64,000 bases of DNA from Rhina ancylostomus (Eukaryota): contig JARFYF010000001.1 in assembly GCA_030265395.1 (NCBI GenBank), positions 46,680,427 through 46,744,426 on the forward strand, given 5' to 3'. Shown piece by piece: positions 1-13,500 of this stretch. The first letter of the stretch is position 1, and each line of letters opens with the position of its first letter. Made by a program: the position numbers and the translations under genes. The notes under the pieces were generated by a model. That model ran no database searches, was not told the origin of the DNA, and saw nothing but the letters and a program-made list of their open reading frames with translations.

Positions 1-3000
1 TAGAGCGTAGAGCTGATTGATTCTCTTATTTCTGATTCTTTTGTTTTAGTTTCTTTTATCTCTTCAAGTTCTGCAGTTTTTCTAATGGTAGACATTTGGT
101 AAAAATCAGTTCTTGTCAGCTCAGGTACAAGTGATTTTGGTGCTTCCTCATCTTTACGGCGAGACATGTAGGTAAAGTAGTCACCTCCTGTAATATCCAA
201 TGTTGCATAGTCAGAGGCCTCTCCTTTGTAATTGGAACAAACAACACGATAGGTTCCACTATCTTCAACTTGGCAATCCCGAATTTCCAGTGTCAGGACA
301 CCAGTCATATCAGTAAAACGATACTTGTCGCCCTCTTGAATTTCTTTACCATTGTGGTACCACCTAACTTCAGCTTTTGGCTTGCACAGAATATTTAAAG
401 TAAATCTTGTATTTTGACCACATGGGATGCGGTGAGAACGCATTCTCAAAGTTATACGTGGACCATGGTCAAGGCTGAAAGGCTCTTGAGTAATAACTTC
501 ATATTTCCCTTCTGAAGTCCTTTGAGATTTTAGAGCAGTCTTCATTGACTCATATCGTGAAAAGATGTCAAATCTAGCAGTCCTTTCAAAGCGAGAGAGT
601 GAGCTCTCTCGAGACACTGGACTGGGTGAACGAGGGCGGGTTCTCTCGGGTGTGGGTGATCGTCTTTCTAAACCTTCAGTTTCAGGTTCTGTAGGACATG
701 GTCGAGATCTGATCTGTTCAGAAACAGGTCGCATCAATTCAATGTAAGTTGGGGAAAGTGATCTCCTCCTCCTAAGAAGCCTTGAGACAGATGGGGATTC
801 TCTACGGACATATTCCTTAACCTCGATGGCTTGTTGTTGTTGTTCTTCTTCTTCTGATTTTGTTACGAATATCTGTCTTTGTCGTCTACTTTTGATCCTT
901 TCTTTTTCCTCATGTTCCATGTACTCAAGTTCTTTTTGATAGGCAGACAATCTCTGGGCTGTAGCAACTGATCGAAGAAGCTCTTCATCTTCCTTGTCTT
1001 CCACCATTCTTTGTCTTTGCTTTGGGGGTTTATAAACCACTTTGTCATGTCGTTGCCTGAGGTCTATAAAACTTGGACCAGCTTCATATTTGGAAGGGAT
1101 GTGATATTTTTGGTAGCTGGCGTATTTTGCCTCTTGTGCTGCAGCTAATTGTGTCTGTTGAGACTTTTGCTGAAGGGCTAATAATTCAAAACGAGGAGGG
1201 CTACGGCTTGGAGGTGATGCAGAAAATCCTAGCTCAAGCTCTTCCTCAAGACGTAGTCTTTCATCTTCTATTCTCTTCATTGAGAGATAGTCATCAACAG
1301 GTAGAAGTAAATCATCATCAGTCATATCACCAAGTGATCTTCTTCTTGGTCTGTAATAAACCTCATACTCAGGAGATGGGGTTCGCCTTCGAGCTGGTCT
1401 AACTGTTTCCAGATCATCTTGCGACATTTTTGGAATTCGCCATTTGGGTTTATACTGATCAGTAAAGCGTGGCAATGGCATAACATAAAACTGCTCCCAT
1501 CTTGAAAGACGAATTCGTTTTGGTCGTTTTGTTACAATTCTTTCCAATGGTGCTGGCATTTCATATTCATCTCGTAATTTCCTATACCATTTCATGTCTG
1601 ACAATGGCACAAACTGTTTGATATCTTGATTTTCTTCAATTGCACTTGCTGCATGGACACGAGGTTCTGGAATATCATAAGGCATCTGAAGTTTCTTTTC
1701 TTTTTTCTTTACAACCTCTGAAATTTCATATTCACCTTTTACATTCTTGGTACTGACAGCTGGTTTGTACATTATTGCAGCTTCTTGCAGAGCTTGCTTT
1801 GCTACTGCTGTCAGTGGAACAGCTTCAACATCTGCAAGTATTTCTGCCATTCTGATTGTTTTGTCAATTTGTTTCTGAACATATTGCTGCCGTTCCTCCT
1901 CACTCTTATATTCACGTTTGACATAGGTCATGCGTGCAACTTTTAGATAAGCTTGGCAACTTGCAGATCCAGCACTGTTGGTAGCAGTGACTCTGTAAAT
2001 GCCAGAGTCCTCTGGTAAAGTATCCCTGACATGCAAAACATAGTAGTCCAGACCCTCATGTACAATTTCAATATTTGGACCTAATGCCAAAGCCTGTCCA
2101 TCTTTCTCCCATTTCAGAACAGGTGCTGGTGTGCCAGAAACTCTACATTCAAAACGAATGCTCTTGCCTTCCATACATTCTGCATTTGCCAACAAACGTT
2201 TAAACATTGGTCTCAAAGTGCTGTCTGCTGCAGGTGGGTGAGGTACTACAGTTAGTTTGGCTTTGCAGCTATCATCACCATATCTATTGCGAGCTTGTAC
2301 TGTGTATTCAGCATCATCATCAGTTGTTAAGTTGTGAATGATCAGTTGATAGAGGCCTTTGTCAGATATAAAAGTATATTTTGCCTCATCTTCTCCAGGC
2401 TTAATCTTTTGTCCAGATTTCAACCAAGTTACTCTTGGTTCAGGGTGAACAGTTATAGTAACACCAAATCTGACATCTTCTCCAATATATGCAGTTCGGT
2501 TGTACAAAGGCAAAGTAAATTCTGGTGGCCTTTCAAGGAGCCTCATGGCATCCACTTTACGTTTTACTCTCTTTACCTTACGTTGCATAAAGAAGTTACG
2601 AATTTCTCTTACACCACTCACAAACAGTTCAGCATAGGAACTATCTTCACCATAGTCATTTACTACTTTGCACCTGTAAGTACCATCATCCATTTTGTTT
2701 ATATCTTTAACATACATAGTTGCCAAACCATCCTGATAGGTAATTTCATACTTCTCACTGGACTCAAGTTGCCTGACACCAAAGTACCAAGTGACTTCAG
2801 TAGATTGATCGTAATTTTCTATTCTGCAGGAATATTTAACATGACCGCCTTCTTCAGCAGAAGCATGCATAACCTGTCCAGCAAGTGGACCAATTTCAAT
2901 TGGCGATATCTTAACTTTAGCAACTGTAACTCCCCTGTGGGCTATAACAGATCCACCANNNNNNNNNNNNNNNNNNNNNNNNNNNNNNNNNNNNNNNNNN

Positions 3001-4531
3001 NNNNNNNNNNNNNNNNNNNNNNNNNNNNNNNNNNNNNNNNNNNNNNNNNNNNNNNNNNNNNNNNNNNNNNNNNNNNNNNNNNNNNNNNNNNNNNNNNNNN
3101 NNNNNNNNNNNNNNNNNNNNNNNNNNNNNNNNNNNNNNNNNNNNNNNNNNNNNNNNNNNNNNNNNNNNNNNNNNNNNNNNNNNNNNNNNNNNNNNNNNNT
3201 GTACTCGGCTCTAATAATATTATCAATAACCTGTTGGTTTGTTTCAGCGATAAATGGATTAAGACCGCTAAGTAGCACATACACAAGTGTACCTACTGAC
3301 CACATGTCTGTGGCTGCATTGACCACATCATGCTGATGTAGTTCAGGTGCTGCATATTCTGAAGCAGTGAACTGGATTCTAATGTTGTCACCTGGTGTGA
3401 GTTGTCTGGCCTGTCCAAGTTCAATAATCTTAACAAAAGAGCTCTTCCTTGTGGTGTAAATTATATTCTCTGGTTTGATATCAAAATGCCCTACATTCTG
3501 ACTATGTAGAAATTCCAATGCTTCGCAAATTTGACGAGTGTAGATGATGACTTCCTTTTCAGTTAGCTCAAAGTTAGTTGTATTAATGCGCTCAAAGATG
3601 TCAAGACCTGAAATGAACTCAAAGATCATAACTAATTCTTCAAGGCTTTCAAAAGATTCATGTAGCCAAAGGATATTCCTGTGTCTAGCAATATTAAAAA
3701 TGTCAATCTCTTTCTTCACCAGTACCTGATCAGCACCTTTTATTTTCACAAACTTTGCCATGTATGTTTTCTTGCTGGTGTTTTCAATACAACGATGAAC
3801 AATACTAAACTGTCCACGTCCCAGCTCTTCAGCAAATGTGTAGCGGGTATGAAGTTCTTTAATAGTAGAATGATTGGCTTTGTCTTTAGTAATTGTCATT
3901 GATTCGTCAACCTCTTCATCATAGTTCAGAACTCTGGTCTTATCTTCTTTTGTGACTATTGGATCAGTTGGCTCTGATGGCTGGCTCTGTCCAAACTTGT
4001 TTTCAGCAATCACACGGAATTGGTAGCTAGTCTTGCCAAAGAGATTTACGACAGTGTAATGTGTATCACGTGACTGTGCTACACGTATCCACATTTCTGC
4101 TGTTGTTGCACATTTCTCAATAATGTAGTTAGTTACTTTACTTCCACCATCATTAGCTGGAGGATTCCATGTTAAAACAACTGAATCACGGGTAATATCA
4201 CTGACTTTAAGTCCTCTTGGCATGTCAGGTACATCTGCTACATCCAGTTCAACTGTTTTTTGATCTATGCCAAATCTGTTCTTGGCACACACGACATAGA
4301 AACCAGCATCTTTTATGTCAACTCCATTAGGGAATACCAGAGATGTAAAAGATCTAGTCACAATTACTTGATAATGACCATTATTATCAATGAGATCTTG
4401 TCCTTTCTGCCATGTAATTACAGGATCAGGTCTTCCACTGAAAGGAATTTTAATGCTTACTATTTCACCGCGGAGAGCATGAACAGCACCCATGCCTTCC
4501 AGATGTTTGGGTAATTGAATCATGGCAGGAA
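1..4531 (-). CDS. TTN: TTN exon 358-equivalent (Mex1), partial: Ig A169, Fn3 A170, NYD linker, kinase, M1, M2, M3, is2, M4, start of is3
   Basis: Acceptor ttctag|TTCCTGCCATG at 4531; frame stays open to base 1 (absent from the ORF track, probably because it has no stop in the window); frame is kept across the 241-N gap. Confidence 0.97.
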
Positions 4532-7500
4532 CTAGAAACAAAAAGAAATTTTAAATGTAAATACTGAAAGGCAGCAAGTGAATGTAAAACTGTGAACTTA
4601 ATGTGGTTGAAATTAGGCTTGGACAACTGTGCAAAACTAGGAGTAGTGAATTGACAGCCCACTATAATATTTTTCCCAATTAACCGATGGAAAAATGATG
4701 AAAAACAAAATCAGATAGCTTTAAAATGAGTTGCCCATTCACAATACTCATTTTGAACAACTCCTTAGACTAATTACATCCTAGATGTATTCAGAAATGT
4801 TACACAATGTTTACATAAGTTCTGTATGATACATACCATCAACATCTAAAGACACTGTTGATGAAATGGAACCTCCTTGGTTGATCGCTCTGACTTGGTA
4901 TACAGTTGCATCTTCTCCTGTGACACCAGAAATTACTAGTTGATGGTAGCCTCCCTTAAATTCCTGGATCTTTATCTTTTCACCATCAGGCTCAATTTCC
5001 TTTCCTTGTTTAAACCATTTCACAACAGGTTTGGGATTACCCGTAACTTTGCAAACGAAAGTGGCATTGCTCTTATATTTCACACTTAAATTGCGTACTT
5101 CTTCTTTAAACTGTGGTGCCTTGATAGGTACATCACACATTGGAATAACAGGATCAGATAATTCACTCCAGTCACTCTCACCGCCAAGGTTTTCGCATTT
5201 AACACGGAACTCATACTCTAAACCTTCAATGAGGCCTTTCACCGTGTAAGCTGTTTCATGTATTTCATCAGATGTTACAGCAATCCATTTATTCTGCTTC
5301 TTCTCTCGTTTTTCAAGGTAATAGTTTCTGATCTTTGCACCACCATCACTGGCAGGTGGTTTCCATGAAACCACACATGAATCCTTTGTGACAGCAGCTA
5401 TAACAGGTTTGGATGGATTCCCTGGCTTCTCTGCAGGTAGAAGTAAGTGAAATATATTACAATTCAGAATATAACACCTTGTTAGACAAGGAACAATTTA
5501 TTTTATGTAGACACTTACCATATGGACTCTTGATGATGACAACAGAGGAAACTTCCAATGGTTTACTGACACCAAACTGATTTTGAGCAGAGACACGGAA
5601 GTAGTAGCCAGCATTGTCAATGAGGTTTGCAATTCTACAAGATGTGCCAGCAATAGCAGAGGATACCAGATGCCATTGTTCACCTTCCTTGGCTTCACGT
5701 TTTTCTACAATGTAGTTGGTAATTATAGCACCTCCGTTGTCAAGTGGTGGCTTCCAACTGATTACTGCAGAATTTTTCAGCAAAGCATCAATTTCTATTG
5801 GTCCTTCTGGCATATCTGGCTTATCTGAACGGAAACATAGCTAGTATTAGATGTTTTATTTTCATGCTAAGCACTTAGTATTAATTATAATAAAACTAAT
5901 CATATGCATATACACTATTGAATATGATTACCTTGGATTTCTACGTTAAATGTTGTATCAATTGTTCCAAATGAATTGCTGAGCTGCACTTTGTATTTTC
6001 CAGCATGGTTCTTTCGATGAATATTTCTCACTACAAGGTGAGTGTAGTGCTCTGTGTTTTCTATTGAAACATTATCTGAATCTGACAAGAGTTTCTTTTC
6101 ATGGAACCAGCGAATAGCAGGCACTGGACGACCAATGTATACAACATGGATGCGAAGACTTGTACCAATGCTTACGACATACACCTCTTTTAGTGGGAAT
6201 CCAGGGTGGAATTGTGGAGCAGCCTCCAGGAATACATTGCCACTGATCTCTGTTTCACCAGCATCATTAGTAGCCTTGCAGGTATACGAACCTTCATCAT
6301 CTTGATCATCTGTTAAAATGGTGATTGAATGATTACGGCCGTCTGAACTCATTTTGTACTTGCGGCTTTGTTGCAATTCCTTTCCAAAATGGTACCACTT
6401 AATTTCTGGAAGTGGTCTACCAATGATCTGACAAGTCAGTTGGGCTGGTTCACCTAGCTTGGCAACAACTTCTGAAATTTCTTGTTTGACACTTGGTTCT
6501 TCTCCAGCTGTTGACGAAGAAGAGGAAACAAATGAGCTGGGGTAATTTATAACAGCATAAAAATTATGTTATTTAAATTAAAACAAAAAAAATACGCACA
6601 AGTCAATTTAGTCTTGATTGCCATGACAGTTCTACGAGGTCGGCTGATTCCCGTCTCATTCTCTGCAAAGACTCTGAATTCATATTCTGTGGCTTCCAGA
6701 AGTCCACCTTGTGTAAACTGTCTGTCTTTTATTCGTTCCTTACAGCATTTTTTCCAAGCACTGTCACCAGATTGGCGATACTCAACCCAATAGCCAATAA
6801 CTTCCTTGCCACCATCACATTCTGGACGGTCCCACTCAATGGTGATGCTATCTTTCATGACAGAAATTATTGTAATCTCTCCAGGTTGGCTTGGTTTATC
6901 TGTGGAAATTTAGTTACTCATTAAAATCTGGTAATTGTGTCATATTTGAAATCACACCTTTATAAATTCTACATTCATGTACTGTATTAATGTAGATCAA
7001 ATGAAACATACCAAAAGGATCCTTGCATTGTACAACATCAGATGGTGGGCTTGGATCACCAAGACCAATGTCATTCTGTGCCAAAATACGGAACTGATAT
7101 TCAGCATCTGGAACAAGCCCAGAAACAGTGTACATCGTTGTGGTAATGTGAGTCTTGTTTTGTCGCACCCACTTATCCATAGTAGATTCTTTACGATCGA
7201 TAAAATACCCAGTAACACGCGATCCACCATCATCCTTTGGTCTTGACCAGCAAAGGGTGACTGAACTCTTGGTGACATCTAGTATTTCTGGAGGATTGCT
7301 TGGAGGCTCTGGTGGATCTAGATTAACAGTAGTGAATTAACAATCACGTGCAAAGATTAAATAAATTCAAAAGATAATATATCATTTACTTAAAGATTAC
7401 TATGAACAATATTGTACTTACTCAGTGGTGTTTTTGGTACAACTGGCTCTTCTGATTTCAGAGATTTGCTAATACCAAATTGGTTTTCAGCAGAAACACG

Positions 7501-10500
7501 GAAGTGGTATTCCACATTTTCTTTCAAGCCTCTGACAACAATGGAAGTGTCTTTTACTCTAGAATCAACAGTGTACCAGGCAGTTTTGGATATTTCACGT
7601 CTCTCAACAATATACCCAATGATATCAGATCCTCCATCATCAGCTGTTGGTCTCCAACTTACTCTGACAGAACGAGCTTGAATATCATCAAATTCAAGTG
7701 GACCTTGTGGGGGATCAGGATTGCCAATTACTTTCACCTTAATGTATACTGTCTTTTTGCCGCATTTATTTTCAAGAACAAGGTCGTATGTGCCTGAATC
7801 TTCTCTGACTGATTCCTTTATCACAAGTTCAGTGTGGGTCTCAGAAGTTGCAATCATTGCACGCATGCTGATATCGCGACCTTCCTTTGTCCATTTGCAG
7901 ATAGGAATAGGTTTGCCTTTAATGGGCACTGTTAGTTTGATCGCTCCACCTTGTCTTACAATCAGGCCTTCAAGATATTGATGGTCAAGCTCATAATCAG
8001 GATACTCTGTAAGGAAAAATAACCAAATTTTATTTTAAAAAGTAAGCAAATAATATAGGAATATTATCCATTAGCTAAGTTTACCTATACCAAAAAACAA
8101 AACATAATAACACCAAATTTCAACATGGGTTCCAGGTAAAAATTGTACCTGGCTTAATTAGCATGCAAATTTGACTGTAAATTTACTGGCCCTAACTCCA
8201 CTTTCATCAATGAGAGCTCAATGATTTGCTAATGGTCTAACAGAGATCAAACTGAATCAATTGCAACAAAAGATGGAGGTTGTTTTTCACATTTATGGAT
8301 ATCTGAATTCCCCTGTATAAATAAATTCTTGTATAATTCAACAGACTTGGCTGATCATAAACATAACAACTGAAACATTTCTTACCAAGCATTTCAGTCA
8401 CTTTAACAGTTCCTGGAACATCAGCTGGCTCACCAGGACCACCGGCATTAACTGCTTTAACACGGAACCTATACTCAGCACCCTGTGGCATGTGAGTCAG
8501 GGTGTATTCACAGATCTTTGTTGGTGTTGTGTTGCATTTAGTCCATTCATACTGATCAACCTTCTGCATCTCAATAAGGTAGCCTGTGACCTTGGAACCA
8601 CCTTCCTCTTCCGGTGGACTCCAAGCAACAGATATTGATGTTCTAGTTGTGTCTGTAACTCTTGGATTCTGTGGTTTGCCAGGTGGATCTAGAGAAATAG
8701 TAAATGAAATTAGCCATACAAATTTTAATGTAATTTAGTATAAGTAAAATACATTTACAAGTGATGCTCAGTTAATTCAAATAGTGTACAACTGAGGCAA
8801 CTGAAAGTCAAGGTTTGGTCCATGGTTTGTGTTAGTTGATTTAAGTTGAGCTTACGCTGGCCACGCATGCAGGTTTAGCTCTTTTTGGCTAGTGAGGAGA
8901 AATTCAGGTAGGGATCTGTTTCTTGACTGCTATTTGATAACTCTAATGAAGGTGTATGTGGGGATGGTTCGTGAATATGGTTTGAGGTTCTCCACAGTCA
9001 AACAGATTGTAGTACTTACTGGCAATGCAAACAAATATCATCTGACACTTCCATGACCCCAAACAATTTTACCAGAGATGTGCAGTTTATTAAGGCAATT
9101 ATTCCCAACATATTAAAGAAACCTTCCTACCATGGTGGAAAATGCAGCATTTCTAAAGTTACACATCTGTTTTGGCACCAGAAAAGAAGGCAGTTTATTT
9201 AAACATTCTCCATAACTATTATCTATAAGAAATTATTAATGTTTGAGAAGCAGAATGCAAGAGAGTCAATTATAATCATGAAGAAAAAGTTTAACTAATA
9301 GATTTTCATATTTAGAAACCAACATTTAAATGAACATGTTACCTATTGGGTCCATGGCAACTGCAGATTTGGAAGGTCTACTTGGTTTGCTAGCCCCTCT
9401 GGCATTCACAGCTGTCACACGATGTTCATATTCCAATCCTTCTATAAGACCAGTGGAACGGTACCTTGTCATTGTCACAAGGACTTTGTTGACTCTCACC
9501 CATCGATCAGCTCTTAGCTCTTTACGTTCAATGATGTAACCAAGTATTGGTGAACCACCATCTTCAATTGGTGGTTCCCAGGTAATTGTCATACCATCAC
9601 GAGAGAAGTCAAATACATGAGGAGTACCAGTAGGGTCAGGCACATCTGTAGAGAAAAGAGAAATGTGCTTTGTATAAAAACATTATGATTCATAAACAAA
9701 TGGTTATAAAATATTTTAAAAAATATCATTAAACATTAGTGATTCTAAGAATTCTAATGGTTCTATTGTTTAGAAGTATATTCTCCTCAAACTATTTGTC
9801 TAATATTGTAAACATTAATATTGTAGACATTGATATTAGTTTATTTCTGAAATTGTTAGCTGTTATAAAAGTTAATGGAAGAGTATTATAATTGATCTTT
9901 ACAAAATGTAATCCATATTTTAATATCCTGGTATCTTTAATTATTGTAAAATACTCCAACTTTGCACTTACTAATGGCACTCTTGCATTCCACAATGCTA
10001 GACTGTAAGAATGATCCAATACCAAAACGGTTTGTGGCAGCAACACGGAATACATATTCGGTGCCTTCAGTTAATCTAGTAAACTTGAATGTATTCCTGG
10101 TAACAGATTCAGACACTGGTAGCCATCCTGGTCGATGAGCATCACGTTGTTCAACAATATAACCACTGATGGTGGCACCACCATCTTTCTCTGGTGATTC
10201 CCAACTGATGGTGACAGTGGTGGCATCAACTTCATCAATTTTAATTGAGCCGCTAGGTGGTCCTGGTTTATCTGTAAATTAATTAATACATTTATCTAAG
10301 ACTCAAAAAGATCATTGTACTGCCACGGGCAGTTCATCACCATATTTGTAATATTTTTTAATAGAATTTGAAGGAAAAAACTTACCAAGAATGATCACTT
10401 TGATGGATTCAGTGGTTGTTCCAGCAACATTTTTTAGTTCAAGCATGTAGTCACCAGTATCATCTATGGTAGTTTCACGCCCAGTAAGGTTGATTACCTT

Positions 10501-13500
10501 GGCTAATCTTTCAATTGTGGTCCGATCACTTTCTTTCAGTTTAGTACCTTCAAAGTACCATGATGCACCAGGAGGTGGACGTCCACTAATTGGAATAGAT
10601 AATTCAATAGGCCTACCAGCACGTACAGTGACAGTCCTTTGAGGTATGCCTGCCAAATCAATCTTTGGTATCACTGTTGGAAGAGATACAAGAATAAGAC
10701 TAATTTATGTAAAATCATTGTTGCATTCACAATACATTTCATGTCAATTCTTAATATGTAAATAACAAAATTCAGTTTAAACCTACCCCTTTGATCTTGC
10801 ACAATGACAGCAGTTACAGTCTCTCTTGGTTCACTGACACCTTTGTCATTCTGGGCCCTTACTCTGAACAGATACTGTTCAGACTCATTCAGAGAGATTA
10901 TAGTATGCTCAAATACTGTGTGTTTTAGAGTTGCAACTTTCATCCACCTTTCTGTGCCAGCTTTGCATGCTTCAATGACATAACCAGTCAGTCTGCTACC
11001 TCCATCATGCAGTGGTTTTTCCCAGGACAGTGTGACTGTGGATTTGGTGACGTCAATTACATCCAATCTCTGTGGGACCATTGGAACTTCTGAAACAAGT
11101 ACTGCATCAGCGATTTCACAAGGCTCACCGATGCCATAGATATTTTCAGGTGAGACTCTGAAATAATACATTGTACCCTCAGTAAGTCCAGTTATTCTAT
11201 AAATTGTCTTGCTGCATTTAGTTGTCACGGTCTTGAATGCTCTCATAGCAGCTTCCCGCCTCTCAATTATGTAATTGTTGACTGGTGCTCCACCATCAAT
11301 CATTGGAACATCCCATGTGATGACTACAGAATCTCTTGAGACTTCCTTCACTTTAACAGCACCAGGTGGGCCAGGCGTATCTGAGAATAGTGAAGTATTT
11401 TTTTAAAAACTTTTGCTATTTTTTAAATAATCTTGGAAAAGATGATGATGAAATAAAAGACTGAAAATATCTTGTTTTACATACCATATACTTTGACAGC
11501 TATAGTAGCTGACTTCTTGCCTGAAGGATTTTCAGCCTCAATGGTGTATTTGCCTGCATCATAGCGATTCACCTTGTCAATTACAAGCAATGTGTAAGAA
11601 TCTGTTGTATCAATAAAACCATGACTGTAGAGGTCAACACCTGGTTTACTCCAGGTTAACACTGGAGTAGGTCGACCCGACACTGACACCATTAAGCGGA
11701 GTGAGCCACCAGCTCTAACAGTGACCGTCTTTTTGAGATCGTCTGCAAGTTCAAGATCTGGCATTTCTGGAAAAATAAAATGAAATGAAATAGAGATGAA
11801 AAACAACTTGCAATATTCCAACAATAAGATCTTCAAGATGTTATTCAAAACTTTCATTGAATAAAATCTTTCTTAGGATTAAATAAACTGTCAGTTTTAA
11901 TTCCCTTCTAGTTATAATTAAACACAGGTACCAGCTATGCATATTTTATTCCAATATTAAAGGCGCTCTGTCAGAAAAATGTGAATAATCACAAGGCAAT
12001 ATGAATTGCCTCTAAAATGCCACTTACCTATTCTTTCTACTGCTTCAATTACAGCAGATGACTCACTGTATTCACTCATTCCATTAATATTGGCAGAAGC
12101 AACTCTGAAATAGTACTTCTTGCTGGTGGTAAGACCTGTAATGGTATATTCTGTATTTCTTATGTAGTCTGTAGAATGTGGTCTATACCACTGTTCCATA
12201 CTTTCCTCTTTCATTTCGAGTACATATCCAATAATATCAGAACCACCATCATACATGGGTTTTGTCCATGCTAAGCTGATACTGTGTTTGGTTGTATCGA
12301 CAACTCTTGGTGCTGAAGGTACTCCAGGTGTATCTACAATATAATTTAAATAGATTATGTTCATAATTATTTGTAAAGAGTTACAATTATAAGAAACTAA
12401 ATAAAAACGCAACACTTACATGTGGGTTCTTTGCACAGGATATATTGTGATGATTCACTTGGCTCACTGTTACCAGCTGCATTTACTGCTGTAACACGGA
12501 ACTGGTATTCACAACCCTCCATTAGATTTGTTACCTTGAGTCTAGTATCATAAATAGTAAAGTCCTTATTGACTCGAGTCCAACGTACACTTCGTTTTTC
12601 ACGTTTATCCACAAGATAATTACTAATTTCTGCTCCACCATCAGTTTCAGGTTTCAACCACTGGATAATGATGTGTTCTTTTCCAACTGTAACAACCTCT
12701 GGTTCACCAGGTGGTGATGGAATGGCTGTTTAAAACAAATGGATTTCAATGGTTTTGCTATTACATTACCAAGAGTAATAATTCTTTGAAAATGTAAAAA
12801 GAATCATCACATAGTACTTACTGTATGATTTTCTGGCCACGACTGGTTCAGATTCTAATGGCACACCAGGTCCAAACTTATTAACAGCTCTCACTCTAAA
12901 AATGTATTCATTGTTCTTTATAAGTCTTGTAACAACAGTGGAAAGAGCCATGCACTCAGCTTCAACTATTACCCAGTTAAGTCTGCTCGTCTCACGTCTC
13001 TCTACAATATAGTGTGTAATCTCTGCTCCACCATCTTCCTTTGGCATATTCCATGACAAAGTGCACTTCTCTTCAGTTAATCTGCTGATGCTAAGTGAAC
13101 CATCGCAGGGTCCTGGTGAATCTAGACGGAGTTTGAAACATGAAAATTAGGATGCATATATTGCTAATGTTGTACCTAGTTACTTTAATGTATTTAAAAA
13201 AAATACATCTTTATCTTATAACAGAAAACATACCTAGCACTTTAACATTTACAGACACAGTCTTAGCTCCACTTGGATTTTTCACAGTTAGCGTATATTT
13301 TCCAGTGTCATTTCTGTCACAGAACTTGATAATGGCAACAGCACGCTTGTTAGTGTACTGTAGAGATATCTTTTCACAAAGTTCCAGTTCTTTGCTTCCT
13401 TTAGACCAATAGACTTTAGGATCGGGTTTTCCACCAATGAAAGCATCAAGCACCAAGTCTGATCCCGCCCTTATGGTAATAATTTCTCCAAGTAACCTAC

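Noticed and set aside
2334-3275. 313-aa + strand ORF
   Set aside because: Antisense to the kinase/M1-M2 coding sequence, inflated by 241 N, with no recognisable domain
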